Shown here one piece after another: positions 1 through 11,961 of a stretch of DNA of 64,000 nt. Below the pieces are notes generated by a model, which was not told the origin of the DNA, searched no databases, and saw only the letters and a program-made list of their open reading frames with translations. Source of the stretch: Macrostomum lignano (Eukaryota). The stretch is taken from positions 186,001 through 250,000 of the forward strand of contig NIVC01000759.1 of the NCBI GenBank assembly GCA_002269645.1, in the 5' to 3' direction. The translations under genes were made by a program, and so were the position numbers. How positions within the stretch are numbered: position 1 is the first letter of the stretch; each line of letters opens with the position of its first letter.

Positions 1-786
1 CACTTGTTACCAGATACAACAGTGCCATAAAGTTGTTTTCATACTCTGAACTCATTATAGGGCTGTTGAGATTCTTAACGAGTACCGAGAGATGGTACGA
101 CACGGAAACATTTTCATGTCTCACCAAAGGATTCGGACTCAAATGGAACAATGTAAAATTGGATATTTCCGTGTCTCCTATTGGCTGACACACCTTCACG
201 CTGTCAATGTCCATGCAGAAAGCGTTATTAGTCGGGTCGGAGTCGCGCACCGTTTCATTTTCCGACGCGCTGAAGCCGATGCACAGGTAGGACGCTGAGA
301 CGCACTGGCCTCCTTCCGGCATCGTGAAGTTGGCGGTTATGACGAACTCAAACTCCTCATAAAGCTTATATGAGCCTTGCAGGTTGCCTTCAATGACAGT
401 CACAGGGTTGTGTTGGAGGTAAAACTCCTGGTCAACTGGAGGATACACGCTTGACGACTTGTTCAGAAAGTAAGAGAAAAAATTCGCCAGAACTGTTGGC
501 GGAGCAGCCTCTGGAATGTCGGCGCTGCCACTTGCGTGCTTCAGACGGATTGTTGCCGTGTACCGACTGGCGCAGCCGCGAACCGGCACTGGGTCGAAAG
601 TAACGTTAAAAGCAACGATGCTCATGTCCACCGTGATGGTGCAGACTGGCTGGCCCTGGTCTTGAAGATTCGCGCAGCCGCACTGAGGCGTGAGCGCTGA
701 GCCACGAGGAATGCACACGGTCATATTCTCACTTGAGCACTCGGCATCCATAGTGCACGCATCGCTCACCTGGCCTGATTCTGTTG
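1..786 (-). CDS. Exon of a secreted/extracellular Cys-rich protein (probable 3' part of the discoidin/C-type lectin gene A); runs to or near the window edge
   Basis: Acceptor ttcag ends at 787. The frame is open: ATESGQVSDACTMDAECSSENMTVCIPRG...CQPIGDTEISNFTLF, with many Cys and N-x-S/T sites. Phase 1 matches the donor AAG G|GTGAGA at 895. Confidence 0.65.
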
Positions 787-894
787 CTGAATTCGAATCG
801 AGATAGGTAAAGGCAAATGAGTTGAGCAATAATTAATGAACCAGAGAGTCTAGCTATATAACGCAACTTTGAGTGTAAACAGTGTGTTTCTCAC

Positions 895-1559
895 CCTTTG
901 GGATCATCTTCGGCGCAAACAGCCGCATTCGAACCGACACACCGTTGTCGGCAGGCAGGTCTGGCATCCATCGAGGAGCTCCATTTGAATCTGCTGCCAG
1001 CTTGACAAGATTTTTGCCATCGCACTGACTTTGCCACCACGGTGAGAGCGGCTGGGCACAAGACAGGTTTGAGAACAGGCCGAACTGAGCGTTGTTCAGC
1101 TCAACAAAGGTGTACTCGTCCAGAGTTCCCGTCCGGCAGTCTTTCGCGTGCATCGGGTAGCCGCCCGCTCGAGACCCGACCCACCACTCTTTGCACTCGA
1201 CATACTTGCCGAGTCCCTGCGAGTTCGTGGCCTCCAGCCTCAGTGTCAGCGGCCACTGACTCGCAAAGTATGTCGGCAGCAGCTCGAGGAAGTCGAGTCC
1301 GGTCCAGAAGCTCATCTGGTCAGCTTGCGTGAAGTTGAAGTCCATGGCGGGTCGGTCCAGAGCGAATCCAGTGCGGTAGTCGACTGGGTGCGTCCGGTCT
1401 CCAGGTTCGGGGACAGCTTCTGGTACACGACCAGGGAGTTTCGGAAGCAAGGCAGGGTGGCGGATCCGAGGTAGGGGTGCTCGAGCGTTACTGATTGAGT
1501 GCCATTGCAGATTGCCTGATCAATCACTGTAATGCGCATTGTCAAATAAACAAATGGAT
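895..1559 (-). CDS. Exon of the same extracellular protein, with an apparent 1-nt frameshift near 1390
   Basis: Acceptor gacttcag ends at 1560 and the donor GT is at 894-893. The 5' part reads DPFVYLTMRITVIDQAICNGTQ...NLETG and the 3' part, in another frame, VDYRTGFALDRPAMDFNFTQADQMSFW...APKMIPK. Confidence 0.55.
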
Positions 1560-1624
1560 CTGAAGTCATTATGAATTTATGTTGCTGGTAATAATGGAAG
1601 CAATTACAAGCTTTGGCATCTTGC

Positions 1625-1825
1625 CTGTTAGGTTTTTCGCTCGGACGAAAAGATCCATTTTGATTCCTAAGCTGCGATCCCACGTTGTCGTCAACCGCAG
1701 TTTGTCCGTGTAGGCCAGGTTAACGATGAGGTAGTACACCGGGGTGAAAATTGTCGACTTCGGTATCTTTACTGGAGCCTGGAACAGAGTTTCAGGACAT
1801 GCGATTAAAGCCAACTCTCTGCTCT
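1625..1825 (-). CDS. Exon of the same extracellular protein (phase 1-1), followed by a 65-nt GC-AG intron
   Basis: Acceptor ttcaacag at 1826, translation SRELALIACPETLFQAPVKIP...RAKNLT, donor ACAG|GCAAGA at 1624. The frame is compatible with both neighbouring exons. Confidence 0.5.
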
Positions 1826-2648
1826 CTGTTGAAGTCACTTTTTAGTCAATGAAGAATAAATTAATAATATTCCTAATATTCTTAATAATAATAATATTTT
1901 TGGTACTGAAGCCAATTTTCATTGGTTTTATTTAAACTGAAGGTCGATTCACTAACAGCATAGCTTGCTTGCGATTAACGTCATGACGCGTCTGGTGGAA
2001 GGAGAGATCAGCAAAGAGGTTGCAGGTACAAAAGCTGGTCGCACGAGGGTATCGATGAAAATTACGGCCCCATCGACCATCGAAGCACAATAATATGGAG
2101 TGCGCGGTATCCATGCTTCATGAATGAAGTGCAACCAAAAAACGGACTGACGGCCTTCACTGTCATAGACTAGACTTTTGCGGACTGACCACGATAAATT
2201 TCGTTAAATTAATAATCGGGTGGTAGCCAGCACCATCGACTATAACAACTATATAGCTATTCATTCTAAACTCGGGTAATAAATATTTTTTGCTAAATTG
2301 TGATTTTCATGTTTTATTTTATGAATTTAAAGGAATGCCATTAACAGTAGAAAGACTACGCTTTTTTTCCCCATGGGGAAAGACCATGGGGGTGTATAAC
2401 AAATACACACAACCAATTTCACCATAGCTCGCAAACCGAATAACCGATTTTCGTAAAAGTCCACCATTTGGGTCAAAATTTCCCCCCTTTCCAACGAATT
2501 AACTTTCAAAGTCATCCGACGTCAGCATCGTCGAGATATTCAACGATTCTTGTCGAAGACACTGGTGGCAAGGACAACCAACACTACACTGTATAAACCT
2601 TTATAGTGAATCCATATTGGCTCAATAATCTGGATCCATCTGTCGGAG

Positions 2649-3192
2649 AGGCCTTTCTTCTCAGCATCCCAGGAACTAGGGTCCCCTTCATCACCGTCTG
2701 GAGCATCGGCGGCGACCGTCGGGACCTTCAACAAAAGCACCCGATCGGCATCGCAGAGACGGCTGCGTTCCCAAAACTGAAATGGAAGAATCCTCTTCTG
2801 CATGCAGCATTCAGTCAGTAGACATAATCGGTGAATGAGATGGATGACGGCGACCCTCTAGGTTGACCTGTAGACATACAAGCGACCTTCGGGACCTTCA
2901 ACGGAGTGCCACCACGCGGCCCCGACGAACTGGCACCCCCAACATCGTGAATTTTCTGTCAAGGCACCAAACCAGGCATGTCTGCATATTATACAATGGT
3001 CCTGCACCATGTTCAGCATTCAGCTCTGTCTGGACGACCTTCGGGACCTTCAACGGAGTGCCACCACGCGCCCCGACTAGCTGGCACCCCCAACATCGTG
3101 ATTTTTCTATCAAGGCACCAAACCAGGCATGTCTGCATATTATACTATGCTTTTGCACCGTGTTAAATTGGAGAGTTGCAGATTTAACTGGC
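2649..3192. repeat. Left arm of a ~545-bp inverted repeat (partner 3967-4511), containing a 152-bp internal direct repeat
   Basis: Near-perfect reverse complement of 3967-4511. The unit gaccttcgggaccttcaacggagtgcc occurs at 2884 and 3036. Confidence 0.95.
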
Positions 3193-3830
3193 CCAAAGCG
3201 GGCCGAAACGTGATGTTGCTGTCCACCATGCATCACGACAGACAATTGCTTCCCAATGGCAAGCCTGTAGCAATAGGCTCGTACTACAATTCTACCAAGA
3301 GTGGCACGGACACCTGCAACAGGATATTCCGCACATCCGACTGCAAGCGAAAGTCCGACTCATGTGAGAAGGCAATCTTCTCCGGCGGCATACTCAACAT
3401 AGCAGCTGTGAATGCCGCTGCTATCTGGAGACTGGCGCACCCGGAGCTCTGCGCCTCGCCGAACTATCGCAACGAGTTCCAGCGCAAGGCGGCTGCGCAA
3501 CTTCTGCAACCTCTGATCGAGGAGCGCTCGCAATCGGCCGCTCTTCTTCAAAATCTGTCCAATCATCACAGGCTGATGTTCCAGCTCGCAGGTTGTCGAA
3601 TCAACGACGAGCAAATGGAGGAACAGGCACGCAAAGCGGCGGCTGTGGTGTCAGTTGGTGCCAGAAAGCACTGTGCAACATGCGCGAGACAAAAGTCAAA
3701 GGATGAGAAGCGTGCCTTGAGTGCGACAACAAGGAAGTGTTGCATGTGTGACGAAGGAATTTGCCGAAGACACTGCCATGGAAGAGACAGTGATCGTCAC
3801 CATTACTGCCCACGTTGTGCACCAAATTAA
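3193..3830 (+). pseudogene. C-terminal fragment of a piggyBac transposase (end of DDD domain plus Cys-rich domain)
   Basis: Motifs VMLLSTMHH, KPVAIGSYYNSTKSGTD (cf. KP..I..YN.TKGGVD) and GILNIAAVNA, plus a C-terminal cluster CATC...CCMCDEGICRRHC...CPRC. The N-terminal part of the transposase is absent. Confidence 0.85.
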
Positions 3831-3966
3831 ATAGTGACAATTGACTCAGCCTTTGTGTCTATGTGTCAGTGTTCAGATCCTTCTGCTTTGAATTTGCTGT
3901 AATATCATTTTTGACCTGCTGTAATATCATTTTTGACAAATTAAAAATATTTTATATTATTCAGTC

Positions 3967-4511
3967 GCCAGTTAAATCTGCAACTCTCCAATTTAACACG
4001 GTGCAAAAGCATAGTATAATATGCAGACATGCCTGGTTTGGTGCCTTGATAGAAAAATCACGATGTTGGGGGTGCCAGCTAGTCGGGGCCGCGTGGTGGC
4101 ACTCCGTTGAAGGTCCCGAAGGTCGTCCAGACAGAGCTGAATACTGAACATGGTGCAGGACCATTGTATAATATGCAGACATGCCTGGTTTGGTGCCTTG
4201 ACAGAAAATTCACGATGTTGGGGGTGCCAGTTCGTCGGGGCCGCGTGGTGGCACTCCGTTGAAGGTCCCGAAGGTCGCTTGTATGTCTACAGGTCAACCT
4301 AGAGGGTCGCCGTCGTCCATTTCATTCACCGATTATGTCTACTGACTGAATGCTGCATGCAGAAGAGGATTCTTCCAGTTCAGTTTTGGGAACGCAGCCG
4401 TCTCTGCGATGCCGATCGGGTGCTTTTGTTGAAGGTCCCGACGGTCGCCGCCGATGCTCCAGACGGTGATGAAGGGGACCCTAGTTCCTGGGATGCTGAG
4501 AACAAAGGCCT
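3967..4511. repeat. Right arm of the ~545-bp inverted repeat
   Basis: Reverse complement of 2649-3192. Confidence 0.95.
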
Positions 4512-4802
4512 TTACGACTGATATGCATAGTTTCCTGAGCCGACGTGGTTTCATGATAAGATTTTGTGAACAGAAAAAATTTGCCAATGTTGGTGGTTTT
4601 TGCCACCGGACACCCCGAGGAGAATCGTTGGATATCTCGACGATGCCGATTTTTCGTGATTCTTGGAGTTGCTTCATCGAATAGAGCGGAATTTAGCCCG
4701 TGTTCAGGATTTTGATGGCAATTGGTTGAATATTTTTGGAGATCCAGACAAAAGAAAAATGTGTGTATTTGAAATACACCCCCATGGTCTTTCTACTGTT
4801 AA

Positions 4803-5626
4803 AAAACATTGAGGTTACATTCTGTAACGCTTTTGTCCATGGCAGAGGAGATTGGTTTCGTAGAATACCCGCAAGTGAAACAAAGGGAAATATATAGACT
4901 TAGCGAGTGTACACAGTGTGGGATGCAACTTGCCATCATCATTAAGCTCCCGCTAATTTCCCGCGAAATCACGTGGCGACAACAAGCAGGCCAGAATCTA
5001 TGAGACCGCTAACGTAGGAAGGATCTGCTGCCTCAAGAAACTAAGGGCGATCATCTTTTTCCGAGGCTGTTGGCTACTAGCGACGGAAACGTTACGTTCT
5101 CCATGAAACAAAACCGCGGTGATAACTACCTGCAGCGATTTATACTTAATCTTAGCGATAAAGTCGGGCTGTCGAAAGCGTATACGAACACTTATTAGAT
5201 CATAAGTGTTAGATCAGTATTATGTTTTATTTAGTTACTAAAAAACTGCGTTAATTATTAAGGTAATTCATGTATAAAATAGCTGCTGGCCATAATCTGG
5301 CCGACATAATGTCTGTTACCGGACAGATCTCAGAAAGAACAACACGACGATATCTGGCGAAGCATCGTGACCGCTCACTGCAGAACAGCGCAGCTGTTTC
5401 CGAGGCTCTTCAGTTGCGTACTGGTGGAGAAGCGCCAATCTCTATTTCATATCTTGGTTCGACTGTCATTGGTGAAGAAGAGTCTGTCGCCATCCCTGCT
5501 CCTGATTCGGCTGCAACAAACTCAGTCATATCAGGCCTGAGCTTCACTGGCATCAGAATTCACGACCACCCTGTTTCTAAGTTTTGTTTCTACGGGTGCA
5601 CGTTTAGTGATTGGAAGTTTAATTGA
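4803..5626 (+). pseudogene. Crypton-like tyrosine recombinase relic (DUF3504-like), interrupted upstream by the piggyBac
   Basis: Fragments read ETKGN, ARIYET, HLFPR...NRGDNYLQRFILNLSDKVGLSKAYTN, a degenerate H-S-V-R, then GHNLADIMSVTGQISERTTRRY (catalytic Tyr region) and C-terminal FCFYGCTF. There are stops and frameshifts. Removing the piggyBac restores MPLKNIEV across the TTAA. Confidence 0.7.
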
Positions 5627-7189
5627 TTTTGGAAGCCATTTAGTAAATGACACTCTGAGAGACGCTTTGACGACATTGTTTTGTCAAATATTTTAAACGT
5701 ACGTTAAAATGGTGCTAAAAGTACATATAATGACCCGTCATCTGAATGCCAAGTCTTCATGTCAAGCCTTCTCTGAAGCCTAACTACAAGAAATTGTTTA
5801 TTAGCTAGATAAATCCGGTTTTAACATTTGACAAACTTCTGTCAAATTTTAGAAACCTACATTATATAGCCTTTGGTGTTTTTCAATGAGCACTGGAATG
5901 CTAAGAAGGCTTAGAAGCTTGTATTTAAGTGCGGAATTTGAGTAATTTTAAGAATTAAAAAGAAGTGAAGGACACATGAAGTATTAGCAAAATCCTTGGC
6001 AGCAAACTTTGAAACTTTCTGGCAAGCAGATTTCCTGCTAGCAAATCTTGTACTTCCGCAGTACTCCCGAATACAATGCATTTAATTTCTAGGCTTGTGC
6101 TATATAATATAATGTAATATAATATAATATAATATCTAATATCTAACCTGGTTCGATTCCGTACGCTACTACAGTTATTTGGTGGTCGTGTTTGAAAATT
6201 TCCTGGGGCTCTCGTGCAATTCACACCCCTGAGGGTCAAACCCCAAAGCTCAGAGAGTGCATATGCCTGAAGATTAGAAAGTCAGGGCATGTACACTAGC
6301 ACAGAATTGCCTCAGCCATGGTGGCCACCACCATTAAAAACAACATTTAACAGGGCCAAAAGCTGACTCATCTCTTACTCATCTCATATTTCCCACTGTC
6401 TGTTCAATACTGGACTCCGGCAGAGAGCCCTCGCTTCGATAAGCCGCTTTTATTTTCGGACTGAGCTGACATCCCCTTTTAAAATCAAAATAAAAAACTC
6501 ACCGGGTTTCCAGTTTTCAAATCATTTGAAGTCATGTCCCATTTTTTGGTATCGTAGTTGTAAAACTCCAGATTAAAGTTAAGATCTTCAGCAGCAAAAA
6601 GCATGTTCGGGATGTAATTAAGCATCAAAATGCTATGCAGTATGCTCTTCATGGTCAGTGTCATCTAAAAAGATTGCAAGCATTGCTATTAACTATTATT
6701 AAATGTCCTTGTTTAAACCCAGACTGCCAGTTGCCCCTGTCCTCACCGTCAGCCGGGCGCCGGTCCAGAAGCCGTCGGCCTGCAGGGGCAACCCAGCTGT
6801 GCTCACGACGGGATTCGATACTTTGGTGATTGATTCGAAGCTCTCGAAGGCGTTCTCATTTTCAGATGCTGAAATTCAGAGTTACGTGTATTGTTGTTGC
6901 AAAGGAGCTGAAAGTTTAGCCCCAACTCCTTGCACATCTGCTCTATTAAATGGTAAAACTGCAAAACTTCAAAACTTGCTGATTGAACAGCATAGTGAAC
7001 ATGGGGAGAAGTCAATCGAATGCTGTGCAGGTGAGGCACAGACCAACTTGCATTTTGAAGCTGTTGATTTTTCAGTCACACAAACGAAGCAGAGCATCGA
7101 CCAGAAAATCCTTCGGACTATGGGATCAGCGCCAACGACACTTCATTCTGGCATGTCAACGGCAGGGAAAACGGCAGCCGTGACAATGA

Positions 7190-9356
7190 CAAAGTATATG
7201 TTTCGAATGGCACCTTTTGGCATCAACTCTATCTCTGAATATTACAACAGGAGACTGGACAGTGTTCTGCAGGGTTTTAAAGATACTCGTGGACGACTGC
7301 ATAGTTGCAAGCGCCGACTACGACAGCCACGTCCAAGCTGTTCGTGAATTTCTTAATCGATGTGACGAGAGCGAAATCGCATTAAATAAGAAGTTTGTCT
7401 TCGCCAAAAAAATGCCAAGGTTGCTGGATTTTTGCTCTCACAGAACAGCTATCAGGTGGACCCAGACATGACAGCAGCCATTGCTCAATTTCCAGAGCCA
7501 CCTAATATTACAGAATTACGTGCATTCATGGGCTTAGTGAATCGGATAGGACCATTCACAGACTCGATCGCGGAATGTACCTCAACGCTAAGACCTCTTC
7601 TAGGCACAAAAAATTCATCCATCTGGAATGAGGAGCACCAAAAGGCCTTCGATAAGGCACGAATCCACCTGTCCAAAGTTCTATCTTTGGCATACTACGA
7701 TCAGATAAAGCGAACAGCATTGCAACAGATGCGTCAAGATTGAAGGGACTCGGAATAGTCCTTAAACGGCAGCAAAAAGATGGCACATGGCTAATGTTAC
7801 AAGTTGGATCTCGATTTCTAGCTGATGCAGAAACGCGATATGCTATGATTGAGCTCGAATTGCTAATAATTGTATGGGCTGCACAAAAGTGTCATCTATT
7901 TTTAGAAGGATTGTTGGCGTCATTTGAAACCGTGACGGATCACAAACCACTTATTCCGATCCTAAATAGCTATCAACTGGACCAAATTGAGAACCCACGG
8001 TTACAGCGCCTTCGCGCCAAGCTTAATCGTTATAACTATGATGCTAGATGGGTTCGAGGTAAAGACAACGAAGACGCCGATGCACTATCAAGGTTCCCCA
8101 TTGCAAATGCGACTGAGGAAGACCAGATTGACGAGAGTCAAGCGGTAAGCAGCGTGAATTTACTTATGATGGCAATAGAAGATACGGAAATTGATGTTAA
8201 CATGAAGAAACTACAAGAACAAGTGAAGAATGATGCAGAAATGCAAGACCTTATCCGAGTTATCGAGAATGGAAATGGATTTCCAAACGACAATGCTAAT
8301 CTGCCAGTTAATCTAAGACCATATTGGCACGCCAGACATAAGCTCGTTGTCGAAGATGGGATCATTCTCAATGGATGTCGATGCATAATTCCTAAAGACA
8401 TACAACGAGAAGTTTTGAGAACTCTGCACGCGAGTCATCAAGGTGCTACTAAAACCAAAGCAAGAGCAAGGATGACAGTCTATTGGCCCGGCATGGAACG
8501 TAAAATAGATGACACAATAAAACAATGCAAGGCATGCCAAGAAAACCGGCCAAGTCAAACCACAGAGTCGATGATGCAGAGAAATCCGCCAGGAAGGTGT
8601 TTCCAGGAAGTTCACGCGGACTTTTGTGAATTTCGCGGCAGGCAATTGCTAGTGATAGTGGATTGCTACTCAGGCTGGATCAACGTCTGGAGTTTCGGAC
8701 AAAACGCTCCGGTTTACAAGCTTATCAATGCATGCCGTGAGCTATTTCGTCAGACAGCCGTACCGGAATCCTTCTGGTCAGACTCAGGCTCTCACTTCAA
8801 AGCCAACGTCTTTGTAAATTTTCTGAAGAGATGGGGAGTTGAGTCCAGATTCTCATCGCCTTACCATCACCAAAGCAATGGAAGGGCTGAATCCGCAGTT
8901 AAGTCTGCCAAGAAGATTATCAGAGGATCTTGGGACTATCGAAACAACGACATAGACAAGGGCAAGATGGCAGAAGGCATTCTGTAGAAGAGTCTTGGCC
9001 GAATCAGAATTGGCTCGACTGTGGTTCTACAAGACCCGACAACCAAACTGTGGCAACGGAGGGGCGTGGTGGTGGAGGTAGGCAAACACCGCGACTACCT
9101 GATCAAGCTAGCTAATGACCGAATACTACGGAGAAATCGTATCTCCGTCCGGCCAACACTACCATGGAACGCCGATTATCTGCAACAGGCGACTAACAAG
9201 CTGGTGGATCAAGAACGTACCAAACGGACAATCAGAGACTTGGGGATCAGAGGCCATCGGAGAGACCTCGCGTTAGCGCCAGGTCGACAAAAAATCCCGC
9301 CAGTTCGGTTTCAGTACAGCCGACTGGGGCAGCCGAAAGTTCAGTTTCTTGAGTAA
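7190..9356 (+). mobile_element. Degenerate Ty3/Gypsy LTR-retrotransposon pol (RT-RNase H-integrase)
   Basis: RT: YMFRMAPFGINSISEYYNRR, LVDDCIV. RNase H: GSRFLADAETRYAMIELELL, VTDHKPL. Integrase: HASHQG...YWPGM...CKAC, VHADF, SDSGSHF, SPYHHQSNGRAESAVK. Several frameshifts and stops. Confidence 0.95.
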
Positions 9357-9367
9357 ATAATGACTTG

Positions 9368-9588
9368 AAAGGGGAGTTGGTGTAGATGATAATACCGTAA
9401 GTATATGGCCCTGACCTAAAGCCTACGTGCTAAGAGACAAGGCGAGAAAATATATAGAATCAACTTGGCTCGCCATCAGAGCAAGCCCAACATTGAAATA
9501 GATATAACAAACAGCAGCCACAGATGCCAGAGGCAACCTTACAATTTTGCGCACGTCTGCCGCATCTGTGAGGCTCCGCACCCGGTAG
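9368..9588 (+). mobile_element. Polypurine tract and start of the Gypsy 3' LTR, cut off by the BEL element
   Basis: aaaggggagttgg is followed immediately by TGTAGATG at 9381, just after the integrase stop. Confidence 0.55.
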
Positions 9589-10104
9589 TGTTGTAGAAAT
9601 TGAACAAGTCAAAGGGCCGTTAATTTAGCTAACATGAAAAATAAAAAATTAAGCGCTCACTGAGAGGCCTGCAATACCATATAATATATTTAACTATAAG
9701 TAGTCTCTCGCAACAGCCACCCCACCATGCGCACTGAGGAGGGGGGACGCCAAGCGTACACACAAACCAGAGGGTGCTAGGCAGGCACACAACTAACCCT
9801 AACACTCCCCCTAATGATGCTTCATCATTACAACAGACTTGATAACTAAAAATGAAACGCACCATCACCAGAGTACTAAGTTATCGAAAAAGCAGAAACA
9901 CAAAAGGCGCAAAGCGCAAAAATGTAAACACCGTCACCAGCGTACTGTAAATTAGAGAAAACCAAATGTTGCGTTGAGAAGTGTGCTCACAGAGCACGAG
10001 AACGATAAGCTAGGATAAGAACTTGAAGATTGAAACTAAGGAGAGATAAAGACTGAGAACTCAGATGTCAATCATCACTGTCAGTTTTAGAAAAGTTAAG
10101 AACA
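9589..10104 (-). repeat. BEL 3' LTR (right boundary approximate)
   Basis: The first ~180 bp match 14690-14867, and the segment lies directly after the integrase stop at 10107. Confidence 0.7.
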
Positions 10105-10106
10105 GT

Positions 10107-11158
10107 TCATTCAGTCACGGCTTCTAGCAAAATCAGGTTCTCAACCGGTCGGCGAGTCAAGCATCTCCTGGGTCCGCGGCCTGGCTTTTGCGCGACTCGA
10201 ACTGTTGCCGATCTCACTGCTCCGTCTCGTCCCGGATGCACCGCCTCGATAATGCCAGTACACCAGGTAAGCCTCGGTTGGCCAGCTTCGCCTTTCACCA
10301 GGACGATGTCACCGACCGTCGCCTCTCGGATCACGCCATGCTTGGGATTGAGCCGATGTTCACGCAGGCTGGTCAGATATTGCCGCACCCAGCAGTCCCA
10401 GAAGGTGTGAAGTCTGGCGCGCATTCGCTTAAGCAGTTTTGGCAACGGTAGCAGAAGATCTGGTGCGCAACTAGAAGTAGGCTCCGCTGCCAGCCGCTGC
10501 AACACCAGGAAGTGTGCCGGTGTCAGAACTTCTCCTTCGGGTTCGGCATCCACGTAGAGCAGAGGGCGGCTGTTGAGCACCGCCTCTACTTCCATGAGCA
10601 CAGTCAGCAGTTCATCCAGTGTGAGACTGGAATTTAGGAGGGTCTTGCGCAGTGCCAGTTTTATATCCTTCATCAGTCTCTCCTTGAAGCCTCCTTGCCA
10701 AGGAGCGCGTTCGGTGATGAACTGCCAGGTGATCTTTCGTGTGGCGCAGAACTCTTGGACCTTTTGACTCTCTGATGCTTGCAATATCCGCGCGGCTTTG
10801 GCGAATGTCTTAGCGTTATCGTTGATGAGACTAGGGATACCTCTCCCGCATAGAATCTCCTTAGGGCTCTTAAGAAAGTTTCAGTTGTTAGATCATTCAC
10901 CAGTTCTAGATGAAGCGCTCGCGTTGCTGCGCAGGTGAACACCAAGATGTAGCCCTTCTCGACAGCAGTGTCCTCTATCAGCTTGACCGGACCACAGTAG
11001 TCGAGCCCGCTCCACTCAAACGCTCTCATTGCTTTCACGCGAGATTCTGGCAACGCAGGAACTTGCTTCACAGCGAACGGGAGTCCCTGAAGACGCCTGC
11101 AGACGACGCATTTTCCAAGAATTGCCAGTAGTAGCAAAATGGTACGGTCAGGCCCACG
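10107..11158 (-). pseudogene. BEL/Pao integrase (frameshifted)
   Basis: CVVCRR, SGLDYCGP, FTCAATRALHLELV, WQFITERAPWQGGFKERL, LNSRPL, LTPAHFL, FWDCWVRQYLTSLRE, GDIVLV, GRDGAVRSATV. Confidence 0.92.
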
Positions 11159-11325
11159 TCGCTGATTGGCTGGCCAATCAGCGAGGGGGAGCCAATCAGC
11201 GATGAGGAGGCCCCGGAGGCGGGGCGGGGCAGGCCGGAGGTAGGGGTGGGGCAAGCCCAGTAGTGGGGTCGGGCAGGCCGGATTAGGGGGTCGAGCAAGC
11301 CTAGGAGTGGGGTCGAGAGCAGGCC
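11159..11325. repeat. Left terminal inverted repeat with hairpin, CCAAT repeats and GC box
   Basis: TCGCTGATTGGC-TG-GCCAATCAGCGA (11159-11184), a second GCCAATCAGCG at 11191 and GGGGCGGGGC at 11221. It is the reverse complement of 13817-14040. Confidence 0.9.
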
Positions 11326-11635
11326 CAGGGGTGGGGTCGAGCAGGCCAAGGTGGGGTCGGGCAGGTGGGATGAGGAGTCGAGCAAGCCTAGGGGTGGGGT
11401 CGAGCAGGCCCAGAGGTGGGGAGCAGGCCAGATGAGGGGTCGGGTAGCGAAGTGTCTGGAGTGTCCAAGGGTGAGTTGACTGAGTGTCCAAGATGGGTAT
11501 CGAGATGTGAATGAGTGTCCACTGGTTAGTGTCCTTTACCGCATGTGGTGACATGCAAGACAGAGTTTCAATGTGATCGGTCAACGGGTAGAGGGTCCGA
11601 TTGCTTGTAATTTCCAAGTAGAGAGGGGTAGAGAT

Positions 11636-11792
11636 TCTATTGGTCGAGAAAGCATTTGAAGTGATTTCCCCGGAATTTCCTAGTATAATGTGGGGAAGGG
11701 ATTCTATTGGTTCTAGAATCTAGAGGCCCCTGGTGCACAATTTGATTGGTCAACACACCCCGCGAGAGAAGGGGTCCAGTACCCTTTATAAG
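11636..11792 (+). promoter_or_regulatory. Putative promoter of the PC4-like ORF (three ATTGG boxes and a TATA-like element)
   Basis: ATTGG at 11639, 11706 and 11745; TTTATAA at 11785-11791. Confidence 0.45.
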
Positions 11793-11961
11793 CAAAGCAC
11801 CTTGCGCTCGCTAAGCTTCATGCAATTTTTTAAAACGATTTCTGATGGCGTTCAAAGAGCTACTACATGGTTATCGCATCAGCCTGGTGCCGGACACACG
11901 GACCATCAGTATTAGAAAGTGATTCAAGTCTGGCGAGGATCATCGGCCAGGTCTGCCCGGC

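Larger units (their letters stand above)
2345..4798 (+). mobile_element. Non-autonomous piggyBac-like transposon with long internal inverted arms
   Basis: TTAA at 2341-2344 and 4799-4802. Perfect 12-bp TIR CAGTAGAAAGAC (2345-2356 / 4787-4798), degenerate subterminal inverted similarity, and a central transposase fragment. Confidence 0.9.

Noticed and set aside
6635-7190. Possible Gypsy gag/protease upstream of RT
   Set aside because: No recognisable zinc knuckle or D-T/S-G motif. The sequence joins abruptly to mid-RT, so its origin is unresolved.
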